From: a virus
Taxonomy: Duplodnaviria; Caudoviricetes
IMG/VR virus record: IMGVR_UViG_3300036045_000523
Span: 2,117-66,116 of that record
Strand: one strand, 5' to 3'
Length of the DNA: 64,000 nt
Positions within the stretch are counted from its first letter, which is position 1. Each line of letters begins with the position of its first letter. A program made the translations under genes and the position numbers. A model generated the notes under the pieces. It did not search any database and was not told the DNA's origin. It saw only the letters and a program-made list of their open reading frames with translations. Shown piece after piece: positions 17,690 through 27,912 of the stretch.

Positions 17690-18150
17690 AAAAACTACCA
17701 CCCAGCAAATCACTTGCTAAATGGCAGCAGAATAACTAACTATATTTTGCTGGGTGGTTCCAATAATTACAACGACACAATTACTTAGGAACTTAGAAAT
17801 ATGCAGTTTCAATTTATAAAAGATATGGCGATGGCGCTAGTCACTGCCAAAGAAGATTACCCAGTTGATTTTGATAGTGCTTGGCAATGGCTTGAATATA
17901 GCCGAAAGGATAATGCAAAAACTGCTTTTTTGAAAATGGATTTTGTAGAAAGCGTAGATTATATTTCCCTTAATCTTAAGGAGTCGGCTCCTGGTGGGGG
18001 TTTGACGCATCGGCCAGCATAAGAAAAACTACCACCCAGCAAATCACTTGCTAAATGGCAGCAGAATAACTAACTATAATTTGCTGGGTGGTTCCAATAA
18101 TTACAACGACACAATTACTTAGGAACCTAGAAATATGCAGTTTCAATTTA
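17688..18150 (+). repeat. 129-bp direct duplication (17688-17816 and 18022-18150)
   Basis: Each copy has hairpin accacccagcaaa...tttgctgggtggt, an RBS and codons MQFQF. Confidence 0.9.
17801..18022 (+). CDS. Truncated AntA/AntB-like antirepressor
   Basis: YPVDFDSAWQWLEYSRKDNAK...DFVESVDY. Confidence 0.6.
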   Translation: MQFQFIKDMAMALVTAKEDYPVDFDSAWQWLEYSRKDNAKTAFLKMDFVESVDYISLNLKESAPGGGLTHRPA

Positions 18151-19829
18151 CAGAAGTAGCTAATATCCAAGAGCAGATTGCAGCATTAACAGAACAATTA
18201 CAACAACTTACCGCGAGTATTGCCCCATATGCAGAATGTGAAGCGATCGCATCAGAATTAGTAGCAAAAGTAGAAGAACACCGCTCTTGTATGAGAAGTA
18301 AGGGGTTAGCGGAGGAAAGCTTGGCGAATTGGGCGATCGCGTTATACAAAGCTGGTAGCAATAAGGAGTTCCCCATCGTTGAAGCGACTGGTAGCCAGTG
18401 GGTAGAATTTGAAGAAACTGACATTCTTAAGCGTAAGATAGAAGAGCTTATAGCATTAACAGATAGTTTGGATCAAGAATTACAGGAAGAAAGGCAGTAT
18501 ACGACAGAAATTTTAGAAAGGATAGGATTAATTGAAGAAAATGAAAAACTGGAAAAAGAAGTGTCAACCTTGCATATGGCTGCAAATGAATTAGAGAAAA
18601 AGCTAGATTTTTTTAAAAATAGTATTAGAGAAACAGATTCTATAGAAAAAGAACTTGCAACATTACGTAAAGAGAACGAAGACTATCAAGCAAGATTTGA
18701 TGGTATAAAGGCACAGCTAGAACAAGCTGAATCAGAGCGGTCTAGACTTGCACAGGAATTAAATAGAAAAAAGAAAGAAGAAGCAAAACAGACAGATAAG
18801 ATTGCAGAATTACTAAATTTTGGTCGAGGCGATGCAAAGAAAGCTAGAGATAAGATGACCATGATTACATGGGAGGATATTGAAAGAGCTTGCGAGTCAG
18901 ACCCTAAGAAAATACAAGCATTGTTAGATGAATTGGCGACAAGTAGGGCAGTATTAAGGAAAGAACTTAGCGATCGCATAGAGTTGCTATTGGTAAAACA
19001 CGCTATAGAAACAGGGGATAAAAGCTGCTTTCAAAAAATACCGCAAGTTTTAAGAATGTCTGTTGAACGAAAATACAAAGAATTTCAAGAAGACGTTAAC
19101 GCAAGCCACTGCGTTGCCGAGGTGGAAATTGTTGAGGAAGAAGAAACGAAATCATTACAAGTTAATGATATTGTAAGTACTCCATCAGGAGGCTGTGGCA
19201 CAGTTGAATCTATAAATAAAGATTCGATTACAGTTAGACAGTTGGTGAACCAAGAAATTGTAGAAGCTACGTATCAAACAAATGAATTAGTTTGGGTATC
19301 TTCTCACCCTGGGGTCGGCGCCCAGGAAGAGAGATTGGAAACAATTACAGTGCAAGTAAATGAGGCAACAACTGTAAACAAATATGTTGAGTTTATGGGA
19401 AAAATTACCCGGTCTACGGTTGCTTGGAATAACTTAACTTGGGAAGTGATACGCGATTTATGCGATCGCTCGATATACGGACTAGACGAATTAAGAAGAG
19501 TTAAATTAGACAGTGAATTTGAGCGCGATCGCAGGGAAATGTTATTTAACGGAAGAATAGCTAAATTACTTTTAGATTACATTGACTGGACTGGTGATAG
19601 TAGGGATTTAGCTTGGATTAGTGAAGAATTGCGATCGCAGGTTGAGGCATTACTAGGAAAAAAGCCTAAACAATTAGAACAAGGGGTAGTCGTTGAGTTG
19701 GATGGACAACCTTATAAAGTGCTACATCATGACACAGATACAGGATGGGTGGATCTAGTAAATGGCGCGAAGAAAAAAGTATCCGCGTATATCAAAGAGA
19801 TATCTGTTCAAAACTTGGCGGTTGCGTAA
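18135..19829 (+). CDS. Coiled-coil protein with two copies of a TW..I...C...TGD domain and SH3/KOW-like segments
   Basis: 564-aa ORF; the internal repeats are visible in the translation. Confidence 0.7.
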   Translation: MQFQFTEVANIQEQIAALTEQLQQLTASIAPYAECEAIASELVAKVEEHRSCMRSKGLAEESLANWAIALYKAGSNKEFPIVEATGSQWVEFEETDILKRKIEELIALTDSLDQELQEERQYTTEILERIGLIEENEKLEKEVSTLHMAANELEKKLDFFKNSIRETDSIEKELATLRKENEDYQARFDGIKAQLEQAESERSRLAQELNRKKKEEAKQTDKIAELLNFGRGDAKKARDKMTMITWEDIERACESDPKKIQALLDELATSRAVLRKELSDRIELLLVKHAIETGDKSCFQKIPQVLRMSVERKYKEFQEDVNASHCVAEVEIVEEEETKSLQVNDIVSTPSGGCGTVESINKDSITVRQLVNQEIVEATYQTNELVWVSSHPGVGAQEERLETITVQVNEATTVNKYVEFMGKITRSTVAWNNLTWEVIRDLCDRSIYGLDELRRVKLDSEFERDRREMLFNGRIAKLLLDYIDWTGDSRDLAWISEELRSQVEALLGKKPKQLEQGVVVELDGQPYKVLHHDTDTGWVDLVNGAKKKVSAYIKEISVQNLAVA

Positions 19830-19877
19830 GAATATGGCGATGTCGAACGCCATCGCCGTCCGCAAATAATAAAAAAT

Positions 19878-21308
19878 ATGTACCAACAAAAACAATTAAT
19901 TCTTGATGCACAACTTCGTGACGAATGGTTAGAACAAATAAAAAGCAAGAAACCAAAACTAGATAGTGATGCACCAATTGCTGTAGTAATGTTTTCGGGC
20001 GGGGGTGGCGTTGAGGCAGGTATGGTTATGGCTGGCATTCGTCCTGTTATGTCGATTGAATATGACCCAAAACGCATAGAATTATCCACCAAATTAGCGG
20101 ATATGCATCATACTAATTTCACAGAATATGGTTGTAAAGTTATACGCCGTTCTGTGCAAGATGTATCAAGATTAGGTTTTCCTGGCTTTCCGCAATCGCC
20201 CGACTTTCTTCACGCTTCCCCTGTTTGTTCTAATTTCAGCATTGCTAAGACAAAAGCAATGGAAGCGCCGGACGATATTGAAGCAGCGATCGCGGTAAGT
20301 AATGCGATCACAATTCTCAAGCCAAAGGTCTTTACTTTAGAACAAGTTCCCGCATACACAAAATCTACATCTTGGAAAATAATCAGGCAGCAATTAATTA
20401 CAGATGGATACAATATCACCGAAGAAGAAATAAATTGTGCAGATTATGGCGTTCCTCAGACTTGCCGGAAAAGAATGATTGTTCTAGCAAGTAAGGATTT
20501 ACAGTTATCTTTACCGATTAAAAGTTATTGCCCAAGTTGGTATGATGCGATCGCTGATCTTATCCTGAGCCTACCGTTGGGGGATTTAATTCCCGGACAA
20601 ATTAAATCGTTAGAAAAGTACTTATCTTTTAATCCTCCGTGCCCACTTCTGATTCAAAGAACAGGCGCAAGGAAAGAATATAATATACAGCCAAGTAATA
20701 AGTTAGCTAAAACTATATTACGTTCAATATTTACGGATGGGAAAGGCGCTAATCGTAATCGTTTTCTTAACATCTGGTTGCCTGGCAACGATGTTAGAGA
20801 AGTTTCTATTCATGTCGCGGCTCGGCTTCAAACCTTTCCAGATTGGTACGAGTTTGATAAATCTACCGTCGTGGCTGGAAGTGCGATCGGTTATGCTGTA
20901 CCGCCACTATTAGCGAAGCAGCTATTTATACATATACTGAACGATTCTAAACAACGATATCATCGGTTAGACGTGAGATGGGTATCATCAGATTCAGATT
21001 TAGATAAAGGCGCACAAACAAGGGGAAAAGATTTTATTGAAGGGATTAACACCAAAGCCAAGCTCAACAATATTACTTGGAAAGATATCAAAGATGTCTG
21101 CCAGGGAAGCCCTACAGCAATAGAAGCTATCTGGAATTATGCCCAGTCAAAAATACAAAAAGAATTACTAGGAAAGCTACCTAAGTTATTGGCAGAATAT
21201 GCTTTCCAGACTGGTGACATCACGGATTTTAGCTGGGTTAATAATATCATTAAAATAACAGCAACTGCCTTGCTAGAGGAATATATGAAAAACTCCCACG
21301 GCTGGTAA
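19878..21308 (+). CDS. C5 cytosine DNA methyltransferase with a C-terminal accessory domain
   Basis: FSGGGG (motif I), SPVCSNFS (IV), LEQV (VI variant), DYGVPQ..R.R (VIII), ARLQTFPD and IGYAVPP (IX/X). Confidence 0.88.
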   Translation: MYQQKQLILDAQLRDEWLEQIKSKKPKLDSDAPIAVVMFSGGGGVEAGMVMAGIRPVMSIEYDPKRIELSTKLADMHHTNFTEYGCKVIRRSVQDVSRLGFPGFPQSPDFLHASPVCSNFSIAKTKAMEAPDDIEAAIAVSNAITILKPKVFTLEQVPAYTKSTSWKIIRQQLITDGYNITEEEINCADYGVPQTCRKRMIVLASKDLQLSLPIKSYCPSWYDAIADLILSLPLGDLIPGQIKSLEKYLSFNPPCPLLIQRTGARKEYNIQPSNKLAKTILRSIFTDGKGANRNRFLNIWLPGNDVREVSIHVAARLQTFPDWYEFDKSTVVAGSAIGYAVPPLLAKQLFIHILNDSKQRYHRLDVRWVSSDSDLDKGAQTRGKDFIEGINTKAKLNNITWKDIKDVCQGSPTAIEAIWNYAQSKIQKELLGKLPKLLAEYAFQTGDITDFSWVNNIIKITATALLEEYMKNSHGW

Positions 21309-21371
21309 AATTTTTCTTTAAAACCTGACAAGCAAGCCAGTTAATGCGGTGATAACCACAAAAATTCACTA

Positions 21372-21623
21372 TTAATTAAATTCAATATTGATTGGATCAA
21401 AACTATGTTGTCCCATCATTAAGCCTACTTTGGTTTCAACTACCCAAACATTAATAAATTCGTGGTTGGAATAATCACTTATGTAAGATACTACCCATTG
21501 CCCTTTGCTATCATCCCAATTAATACCAAGGATGTGAAATTCTGAGTTTTCCTGCCCGTGCAGAAATTCATTAGCTTTTTCAATAATTTTTATAAATTTC
21601 TCGAATTCTGACCCTTCAATCAT
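21372..21623 (-). CDS. Hypothetical protein
   Basis: 83 aa; 28 bp around its start are tandemly duplicated (21592-21619 and 21630-21657). Confidence 0.55.
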   Translation of the reverse strand: MIEGSEFEKFIKIIEKANEFLHGQENSEFHILGINWDDSKGQWVVSYISDYSNHEFINVWVVETKVGLMMGQHSFDPINIEFN

Positions 21624-21665
21624 AATTTCATAAATTTCTCGAATTCTGACCCTTCAAACATACAC

Positions 21666-21689
21666 TGCTATCGCGTACGCGATAGCAGA
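21666..21689. terminator. Perfect palindrome CTGCTATCGCGTACGCGATAGCAG
   Basis: Seen directly, downstream of 21708..21881. Confidence 0.55.
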
Positions 21690-21707
21690 AACATATGGCG
21701 CTGCTAT

Positions 21708-21881
21708 TTATTTACCGTTATCTTTAGCCCATGCTAGTAACAGCGCACGGGCTAAGTGCGATACAGCAACATTCTTTTGAGAAGCGATTTGTTTGAGATA
21801 GTCTTTTTCGTCTTCCAGTAAAAAGATTCTGATTTCTGTCGCTCCTTCCTGTCGCGCAGTAACCGGGGGTAATCGTGCCAT
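21708..21881 (-). CDS. Ribbon-helix-helix-like regulator
   Basis: EIRIFL.EDEKDYLKQIA....AVSHLARALL. Confidence 0.6.
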   Translation of the reverse strand: MARLPPVTARQEGATEIRIFLLEDEKDYLKQIASQKNVAVSHLARALLLAWAKDNGK

Positions 21882-21961
21882 ATCTTCTAATCCTGCGTTT
21901 AACACAAGAAGTTTAGCACATTTAGTTCCGCCGTTTAACACTTTATCCGAAATATTTTTAT

Positions 21962-22171
21962 TTAAGTTTTGCGATCGCTCGTATTGTTCCCAGATGACGC
22001 CACTCTCAGAGTAGAGTCCTGCTTTTTTTTGGTTATGGCATCCATTAGTAAGCGTTCTACTAGATTGGCTGTAGAGCGCCCTTCCTCCTGTGCCCATTCA
22101 TCAAGAAATTTTTTACTTTCGTGGTCAATGGCATAAGCCATCCGTGGCTTTGGATTACTAGCTTTACCCAT
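21962..22171 (-). CDS. Arc/CopG-like ribbon-helix-helix regulator
   Basis: PRMAYAID.ESKKFL.EWA.EEGRS.ANLVERLL. Confidence 0.75.
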   Translation of the reverse strand: MGKASNPKPRMAYAIDHESKKFLDEWAQEEGRSTANLVERLLMDAITKKKQDSTLRVASSGNNTSDRKT

Positions 22172-22442
22172 AACAAGTTCCTCATATAGAGCCAGTGCGT
22201 TGCGGAGGTGTCGTCCGTGGAAGCAACTGACGTGTTTTTACTAGACTCTAACTTATATATAAAAAGCTTTCTACAGGTGTAGATATTTTTCTCTGACAAA
22301 GATATAGAAAGTAGTTGACAATCTTCGACATCGTTCGTTACATTAGATTTAACGGACACAGATGGACGCAAAACGTACAGCTTTGTCCTTGATGTTTCTG
22401 AACCTTGAAAATTGAAAAGCCTGATTGCTTAAAAGTATACGT

Positions 22443-22601
22443 ATGGCACAGAAACGGATTGTACTGCCTAACGAATTAATACCTCTTGCGGACGAGATAT
22501 GCCAATCTACTGGCATTTGCAATCATAGTCAGTTAGTTGCACTACTTATAAAAAACTTTGGAAGTGAGTTAGTTGCGCGATTAAAAGGAAATTCAAGATA
22601 A
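22443..22601 (+). CDS. Small RHH-like protein (52 aa, below the ORF-track cutoff)
   Basis: MAQKRIVLPNELIPLADEICQSTGICNHSQLVALLIKNFG... Confidence 0.5.
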   Translation: MAQKRIVLPNELIPLADEICQSTGICNHSQLVALLIKNFGSELVARLKGNSR

Positions 22602-22708
22602 AAGTTGTAGATAATCCAGATAACTATGTACTACCAGACAACAAGTTACTGTCAGCGTCAAATTCAAAGTATTCGTAATTAATTATTTCACGCATTAGGA
22701 GTTTATTT

Positions 22709-22894
22709 ATGAACCACGAAATTAATGAAGGAACGAATGATATCTTAGCGATCGCCTTGACGGCACTTACTACATTGCACAACAAACTACCAGCAGATTG
22801 GCAGTACCTTAATCAAGAGATGAATAAGCATTCCGACGTAACACTTGCTGACGCCATCGCGGCAATTGCAGAAGCTTTGGAAATCATTAGCTAA
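22709..22894 (+). CDS. Hypothetical protein
   Basis: RBS aggag; 61 aa. Confidence 0.6.
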   Translation: MNHEINEGTNDILAIALTALTTLHNKLPADWQYLNQEMNKHSDVTLADAIAAIAEALEIIS

Positions 22895-23058
22895 TAGGTT
22901 CTGATGAACAAGCCACTGCGTTGTGGAGATGTCCTCCGTTGTAGCACGTGGCGCAAAAATCACGTCATGCTTAATAGTAACTTCTTATTTGTACTTGTTT
23001 TGCTGCTAAATGTTGAGCAAAATATTGAGTTTTTTACGGTGTTTTTAACTGCTAGATG

Positions 23059-23175
23059 TGTAGCAAATTTTTTTGCTACACCTGATGCTACACCTGAATT
23101 TGCACAAAAATTTACGTTATTGGTGGTGCAAATTTTTGCTACATATAGTGCAAATGGCTTGCACTATATGTAGCA
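23059..23175. promoter_or_regulatory. Cluster of TGCTACA/TGTAGCA direct and inverted repeats
   Basis: tgctacacctga x2 (23074-23097) and a 17-bp perfect inverted repeat at 23137-23175. Confidence 0.6.
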
Positions 23176-23234
23176 GAATCTCTAACGAAAACTATGAAAA
23201 ACTAAGGGTTTTTTAAGGGGGAAGTCAGAGTTTT

Positions 23235-23660
23235 ATGGAAACAGAGCAAATAATGATGATTTTGCGGGGTAACAAAAGTAGCAAATCGAAGAATGAGGGT
23301 AGTTATGGTGCAGCCTGGCTGAAGCTGGTCGGGGAGGAGGAATTTATATCACGAGAAGTGTGGGCGATGATGTTAGGAGTAAATCGAAATACATTGCGGC
23401 GGTGGGAAGATGAAGTTATAAAGAAAAAAATCCCACTGAAGCTATATTTCTACAAAAGGAAGGGGCGATATGGATACGATGCATATCAAAGGTTTATAAC
23501 CTTGTTGATATATATATTGAAGAACCAAGTGGATCGTTTGCGTCCATTGACTAACAGCGAGATTGTTGATTTTTTTGGCACACAACATGACGGGGTGTCA
23601 ATGTGGAAGATATTTTCAAGAGATAACTTTGCAGAGTACAAGAAGGTATACAATGCGTAA
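23235..23660 (+). CDS. MerR-like HTH DNA-binding protein
   Basis: SREVWAMMLGVNRNTLRRWE...YDAYQ. Confidence 0.65.
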   Translation: METEQIMMILRGNKSSKSKNEGSYGAAWLKLVGEEEFISREVWAMMLGVNRNTLRRWEDEVIKKKIPLKLYFYKRKGRYGYDAYQRFITLLIYILKNQVDRLRPLTNSEIVDFFGTQHDGVSMWKIFSRDNFAEYKKVYNA

Positions 23661-24372
23661 ATTAGAAGTGATTGAGTTTCTTTCAGGGTATTCTGAGAAC
23701 GCGGTTTTAAGTGTTCTAGAAAAGCTAGGATATGATGCGGATTGTGACGAATATCCTGAGGATATAGTTGAGAAAGCTGAAAGAATATTTGCATCAGTAA
23801 ATAGTGCGGCGGCATTACCAACAGCATCAGAAAACGCGATTGCAGTAAGAGAAACGGTTGCGATCGCGTCTGCGGAATTAGCGAGCGTGGATTTATTCTT
23901 GTCAGAAGAAGTATTGTTCATGCTGGCGCGTGAAGCGTTGGCGCAGTCAGCGAAACAGGCGAATCAGATTGCTGATTTAGCGGATGCGGTGTTATTGCAG
24001 ACGTTGAATAATCGTGCGGATCATCGAGCGGCATTACTGGCGGAGGCGATCGCGTCTGGTAATGACCAGGCAAATAAAATCTTGAACGAAGGAACAATGA
24101 AAAGACTGGTAGATGCTGCTGCACCACCCATACCTGCTTTTGATTTGGAGAAATTAGAGAAGGAGGTAAGGGAGAAAGAAAAAGATTTGGCGCGTCAAAA
24201 TAAAGCTAGAAAGATAAGCCAGTCGCTTGCGGAGGTGTCCTCCGTTGTGCGACCTGGCGTAAGCCACTGCGTTGCGGAGAATCCCTCCGTTGTAGCACGT
24301 GGCGCATCGTCACGTACTTCTTCAGAGTTTGATATTGATGTGTTTTTGAATGAATACGGTGCGCCAGGTTAA
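23653..24372 (+). CDS. Helical hypothetical protein with a tandem in-frame repeat
   Basis: Coupled to the upstream gene; contains SQSLAEVSSVVRPGVSHCVAENPSVVARG. Confidence 0.65.
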   Translation: MRKLEVIEFLSGYSENAVLSVLEKLGYDADCDEYPEDIVEKAERIFASVNSAAALPTASENAIAVRETVAIASAELASVDLFLSEEVLFMLAREALAQSAKQANQIADLADAVLLQTLNNRADHRAALLAEAIASGNDQANKILNEGTMKRLVDAAAPPIPAFDLEKLEKEVREKEKDLARQNKARKISQSLAEVSSVVRPGVSHCVAENPSVVARGASSRTSSEFDIDVFLNEYGAPG

Positions 24373-24515
24373 TGCCGACATTACCGGGATGAAGCAGGAA
24401 GTAAACGAAACTCAAACCATGTTGAATAGCTTTGATAGTTGTTGATTAGGTTTGATCCTGCTTTATGTAACGGATCCGATAATCGGATCCGGTAAATATA
24501 TAGGACAACAACATT

Positions 24516-25037
24516 ATGTTAACGAGAAGACAATGGCGAAGAAATCGAAAGAATATTATTTTCGGAATTTTGATGGTGGGAAGTTTGGCTGTAAATCATC
24601 AGTCAATTGGACAGAATATGGAATCGATGCGATCGCTCAGGCAGGAGTTAGAAATACAGCAGAACAATCAGACAAGACTGGAATTGAATGAGGAAGCGAT
24701 CGCTGCGATGGCGAAGATAGCGTCTTCAAGATTAACTCGTGGGTGTGTGCCAGTGGTTGACCCTCGTTACAAAGAGATTAAGGGGTACAGGTATTTTAAT
24801 CTTGTACCACTTCAGAAAGAGAAACCAGTCCGCGATCGCACAAACAAATCTTTTCTAGTCGCGGGGACGTGCGTCGTCGGCGCGAACGGAGAAACGGCGA
24901 TTTTAGAGGAGAACGAGGAAGGTATACCAGTTGCGCGAAATATTGCAGCGGGTGGGAGTAAAGAATTAGTTGACCGCAACATCAAACGTCTTGCTGGGGC
25001 GAGGGCGAAAGTATTTTGGAATAGTCCAATTAATTAG
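24516..25037 (+). CDS. Membrane-anchored hypothetical protein
   Basis: Basic N-terminus, hydrophobic anchor and coiled coil. Confidence 0.7.
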   Translation: MLTRRQWRRNRKNIIFGILMVGSLAVNHQSIGQNMESMRSLRQELEIQQNNQTRLELNEEAIAAMAKIASSRLTRGCVPVVDPRYKEIKGYRYFNLVPLQKEKPVRDRTNKSFLVAGTCVVGANGETAILEENEEGIPVARNIAAGGSKELVDRNIKRLAGARAKVFWNSPIN

Positions 25038-25044
25038 GAGAAAT

Positions 25045-25746
25045 ATGGAAGGTAATACATGGTTTGGCAAGAAAAGTAAAAAGCGTTCTAGCTTCGGTTC
25101 CTTGAAGATTTTGATTTACTTAATGTACGCGGGGTGTGGGGTTGCTGCTGCTTGGTTTATTGCTATGAATATTGCACCTTATAAAGCGCTTGTAGAAAGT
25201 AGCGGGGCGCAATTTTTAGCAAGTGGCTTTGTAAACTTCATTCTGTGGATTCCGTTAATAGGTAATATATTTCGTTTTATCGGGACTTCGATAACTTGGA
25301 TTGCAGGATTCTTAATATGGATTCCCATTCAATTAGTAGAAGTATTGCCTGGCGTATTGTGGAGACATCAAGGGTTTTTGTCTTCTGTATCAACTGCAAG
25401 CGATCGCATTACTCCCATCACCGTTAAGTCTTCAGATGGTATTTTTGTCAAATCGGCGAAAAATCAACTAAATAACTTTATTGATGGGTTTTTACGCAAT
25501 CTATGGTTATACTGCTTAGTTGCTTATGTAATTGATGCTGCGATCTGCATTTGGTACTATCCGTTAATTCCCGGCAAGACATGGGATCAGGCTTTAACTC
25601 TATTAATGTTAGGGCAATGGAAGCGAATTGATACAGGCAACCTGTTCGGTATAGTGTCAACTCTATTTGCAGTTGAAATTATAGTTCACGTTATCATTTC
25701 AATCTCAATTCTTCACCGTTTCGTAAATCAACAGCGTAGTAGTTAA
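25045..25746 (+). CDS. Multi-pass membrane protein
   Basis: Four or five hydrophobic segments; RBS aggag. Confidence 0.75.
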   Translation: MEGNTWFGKKSKKRSSFGSLKILIYLMYAGCGVAAAWFIAMNIAPYKALVESSGAQFLASGFVNFILWIPLIGNIFRFIGTSITWIAGFLIWIPIQLVEVLPGVLWRHQGFLSSVSTASDRITPITVKSSDGIFVKSAKNQLNNFIDGFLRNLWLYCLVAYVIDAAICIWYYPLIPGKTWDQALTLLMLGQWKRIDTGNLFGIVSTLFAVEIIVHVIISISILHRFVNQQRSS

Positions 25747-25901
25747 GCCAAGCCACTGCGTTGCGGAGGTGTCCTCCGTTGTAGCACGTGGCGCCCACGT
25801 GGCGTAGGCTACCGACCGGAGCCAGTCACTTGCGCGGTTCTCCGCGTTATGTGATCTGGCGTGGTTCAAAGCCCGGTATCGCTTTGTTTATCAATATATA
25901 T

Positions 25902-27494
25902 ATGGAAATGACTAGATTTGATTTAACACGCACTGAGAAAGACCCTGAGGAATGGACTAGTTTAGCCATGCAGCGAGTTGGCCAAACTAATTTACAGCTT
26001 CACGTGTTTGGCGGGTTTGCGATCGCCGCGACCGTGGCTGTTGCTGCCACCCCGCTCACAGGAGCATTAGTAGCAGGATATGTAATTTGGACAGCTGTAG
26101 AAAAGGGACGGATGGCGGCGAGGAATTTGGAAGCAGTAAAAAATGGCGCGATCGCTCACATCCTCGAAGGATCTGAGTTCCGGGCGTATTCTAGACAAGT
26201 TGGGACGGAGGCGATCAAGGAGGAATTAAAGTATGCAGTAGAAGAAGGTTATGAATTAAGTGATGACGCTGAGGAATATTTAGAAAAGGTTATGCCTGAT
26301 CGCTGTCAAGTTTTATTGCCACCATCTGCAACAAATACAGTTTCAGGTCAATACAGCCCAGGACATGAAATCGACATTGTAAAGCAATTATCAGAAAATG
26401 TGCGAAACAGCATAATAATTGGCGTTCCTGGTTCGGGGAAAGGGATATTAGTATCAAATGCCATCCGTGCCATTAAAACGAAATATCCAGGACACAAAAT
26501 ATTCTTCATCGATCCGAAAGCAGACGCTGACGAGGCGAGCTATTGGGATGGTGTTGTTGACCGATACGAACCTTTAAATTGCGAACACCTACCCCCAACA
26601 GAGGTTACTCGGTGGATAAAATGGTGTTTTCAAGAGTACCACGAATACGCAAAAATAAACGGCAAGTGCTTGCTTATTCTGGACGAAGGCATGATTGTCG
26701 GACAAAAATTTGTTTCAGTAGATGATGGCTTTTTGAAAGAGCAAATTGTTAATATCTCCAGTCTGGGAGATAAAAAAGGAAAAAATATTTGGATATGTAG
26801 TGCAAGTCCATACGTCAAACCTCTTGGACTTGACCTTAATAGCACCTCTCTAATGTTGGTTATAGCAATATTACGAGAAACAGGAATTATAGAACAATGG
26901 ACTAAGGCAGGTATAAAACTTGCAAAAGCGTCTCAAGAACATTTGACCTATCTGCTAAATAAGTCGGACGAGATAATAGGCGAGGGTCGCGGTCGCGTTG
27001 TTTATTCTGGCAAAACTGGAAAGTGGTACGCGATGCCAAAATTAGAAAACTTTTCTAATTACGACCGAGATACGGACACAAAATTAGGAAATACTGAGCT
27101 TAGAGACGCTTTGACTAAAAACGACCGCGCAGCTTTGCGGAATCGTACAACAACAGAGATGAAGACTCAATCGGATGTCATTGTTGAAAAGCTTTTAGAA
27201 ACAAATGCGACATCTTTAGCGCAGTTTGTTTATGAGGATTTAAAGGTAGATGGGTCAATGGTAGAGCGAACTTGCAAAATCATTTTAGACCTACTCAAAG
27301 CAGAGGGAAAAACTGATTTACTAAACAAATTTCCTAAAATTGATCCGCAGGAAGAAATACAGAGATGGGTACAAGAATTAGACCGCAGACCTACACCAGC
27401 AGAACTAAAAACCAAGTGGTTGATGTTAACTGGCAAGCAATTAAACGACCGGGGAGTACAAATGCTACTAGAAAGCCTTGGTTACACGGATTAA
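25902..27494 (+). CDS. Membrane-anchored P-loop ATPase, FtsK/HerA/VirD4-like
   Basis: N-terminal TM pair, Walker A GVPGSGKG, FIDPK, Walker B LILDE. Confidence 0.75.
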   Translation: MEMTRFDLTRTEKDPEEWTSLAMQRVGQTNLQLHVFGGFAIAATVAVAATPLTGALVAGYVIWTAVEKGRMAARNLEAVKNGAIAHILEGSEFRAYSRQVGTEAIKEELKYAVEEGYELSDDAEEYLEKVMPDRCQVLLPPSATNTVSGQYSPGHEIDIVKQLSENVRNSIIIGVPGSGKGILVSNAIRAIKTKYPGHKIFFIDPKADADEASYWDGVVDRYEPLNCEHLPPTEVTRWIKWCFQEYHEYAKINGKCLLILDEGMIVGQKFVSVDDGFLKEQIVNISSLGDKKGKNIWICSASPYVKPLGLDLNSTSLMLVIAILRETGIIEQWTKAGIKLAKASQEHLTYLLNKSDEIIGEGRGRVVYSGKTGKWYAMPKLENFSNYDRDTDTKLGNTELRDALTKNDRAALRNRTTTEMKTQSDVIVEKLLETNATSLAQFVYEDLKVDGSMVERTCKIILDLLKAEGKTDLLNKFPKIDPQEEIQRWVQELDRRPTPAELKTKWLMLTGKQLNDRGVQMLLESLGYTD

Positions 27495-27558
27495 TCTACA
27501 ACGTTAGGTATGCTAAACACCACGCTAATACTCGAAGAAAAAAATCTTTGTGCAGGTG

Positions 27559-27587
27559 TTGACACAATGTACAGTTAGCGATACAAT
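27559..27587 (+). promoter_or_regulatory. Near-consensus sigma70 promoter
   Basis: TTGACA-17 nt-TACAAT. Confidence 0.7.
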
Positions 27588-27651
27588 AGATTTAAGCGGG
27601 TGAGAGAAGTTTAGGCGCTGCTCTCACCCGTAACAAACCCAGTGAAAAGGA

Positions 27652-27903
27652 ATGTGTATGTCTAGTTTATCATTAAATCCTTGGACGATCGCGGAGAGAG
27701 AGATAATAGCGGAGATAGTGAATGAGGCGATCGGATTAAAGTTGCAAGCGAGTAACGTTATAGGATGTGTTACGGATATAGATTCTTGTACGGTGATATG
27801 GAACGGTGAGCATCGCCAAGCTATTACATTTGCTCTCTCTTGGTTTAGCCGTCGAGTAAAGTCTAAGGTTGTCGTTGAAAATCGCGTTGCTTTATCGGCA
27901 TAG
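27652..27903 (+). CDS. Hypothetical protein
   Basis: First ORF after the promoter. Confidence 0.6.
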   Translation: MCMSSLSLNPWTIAEREIIAEIVNEAIGLKLQASNVIGCVTDIDSCTVIWNGEHRQAITFALSWFSRRVKSKVVVENRVALSA

Positions 27904-27912
27904 GAGGCGGAG

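Noticed and set aside
22904-23173. 89-aa ORF
   Set aside because: It consists of the 45-nt repeat and the TGCTACA repeat cluster and is probably non-coding.
25788-25901. N-terminal extension of the ATPase
   Set aside because: It is translated repeat DNA; ATG 25902 or 25908 is more plausible.
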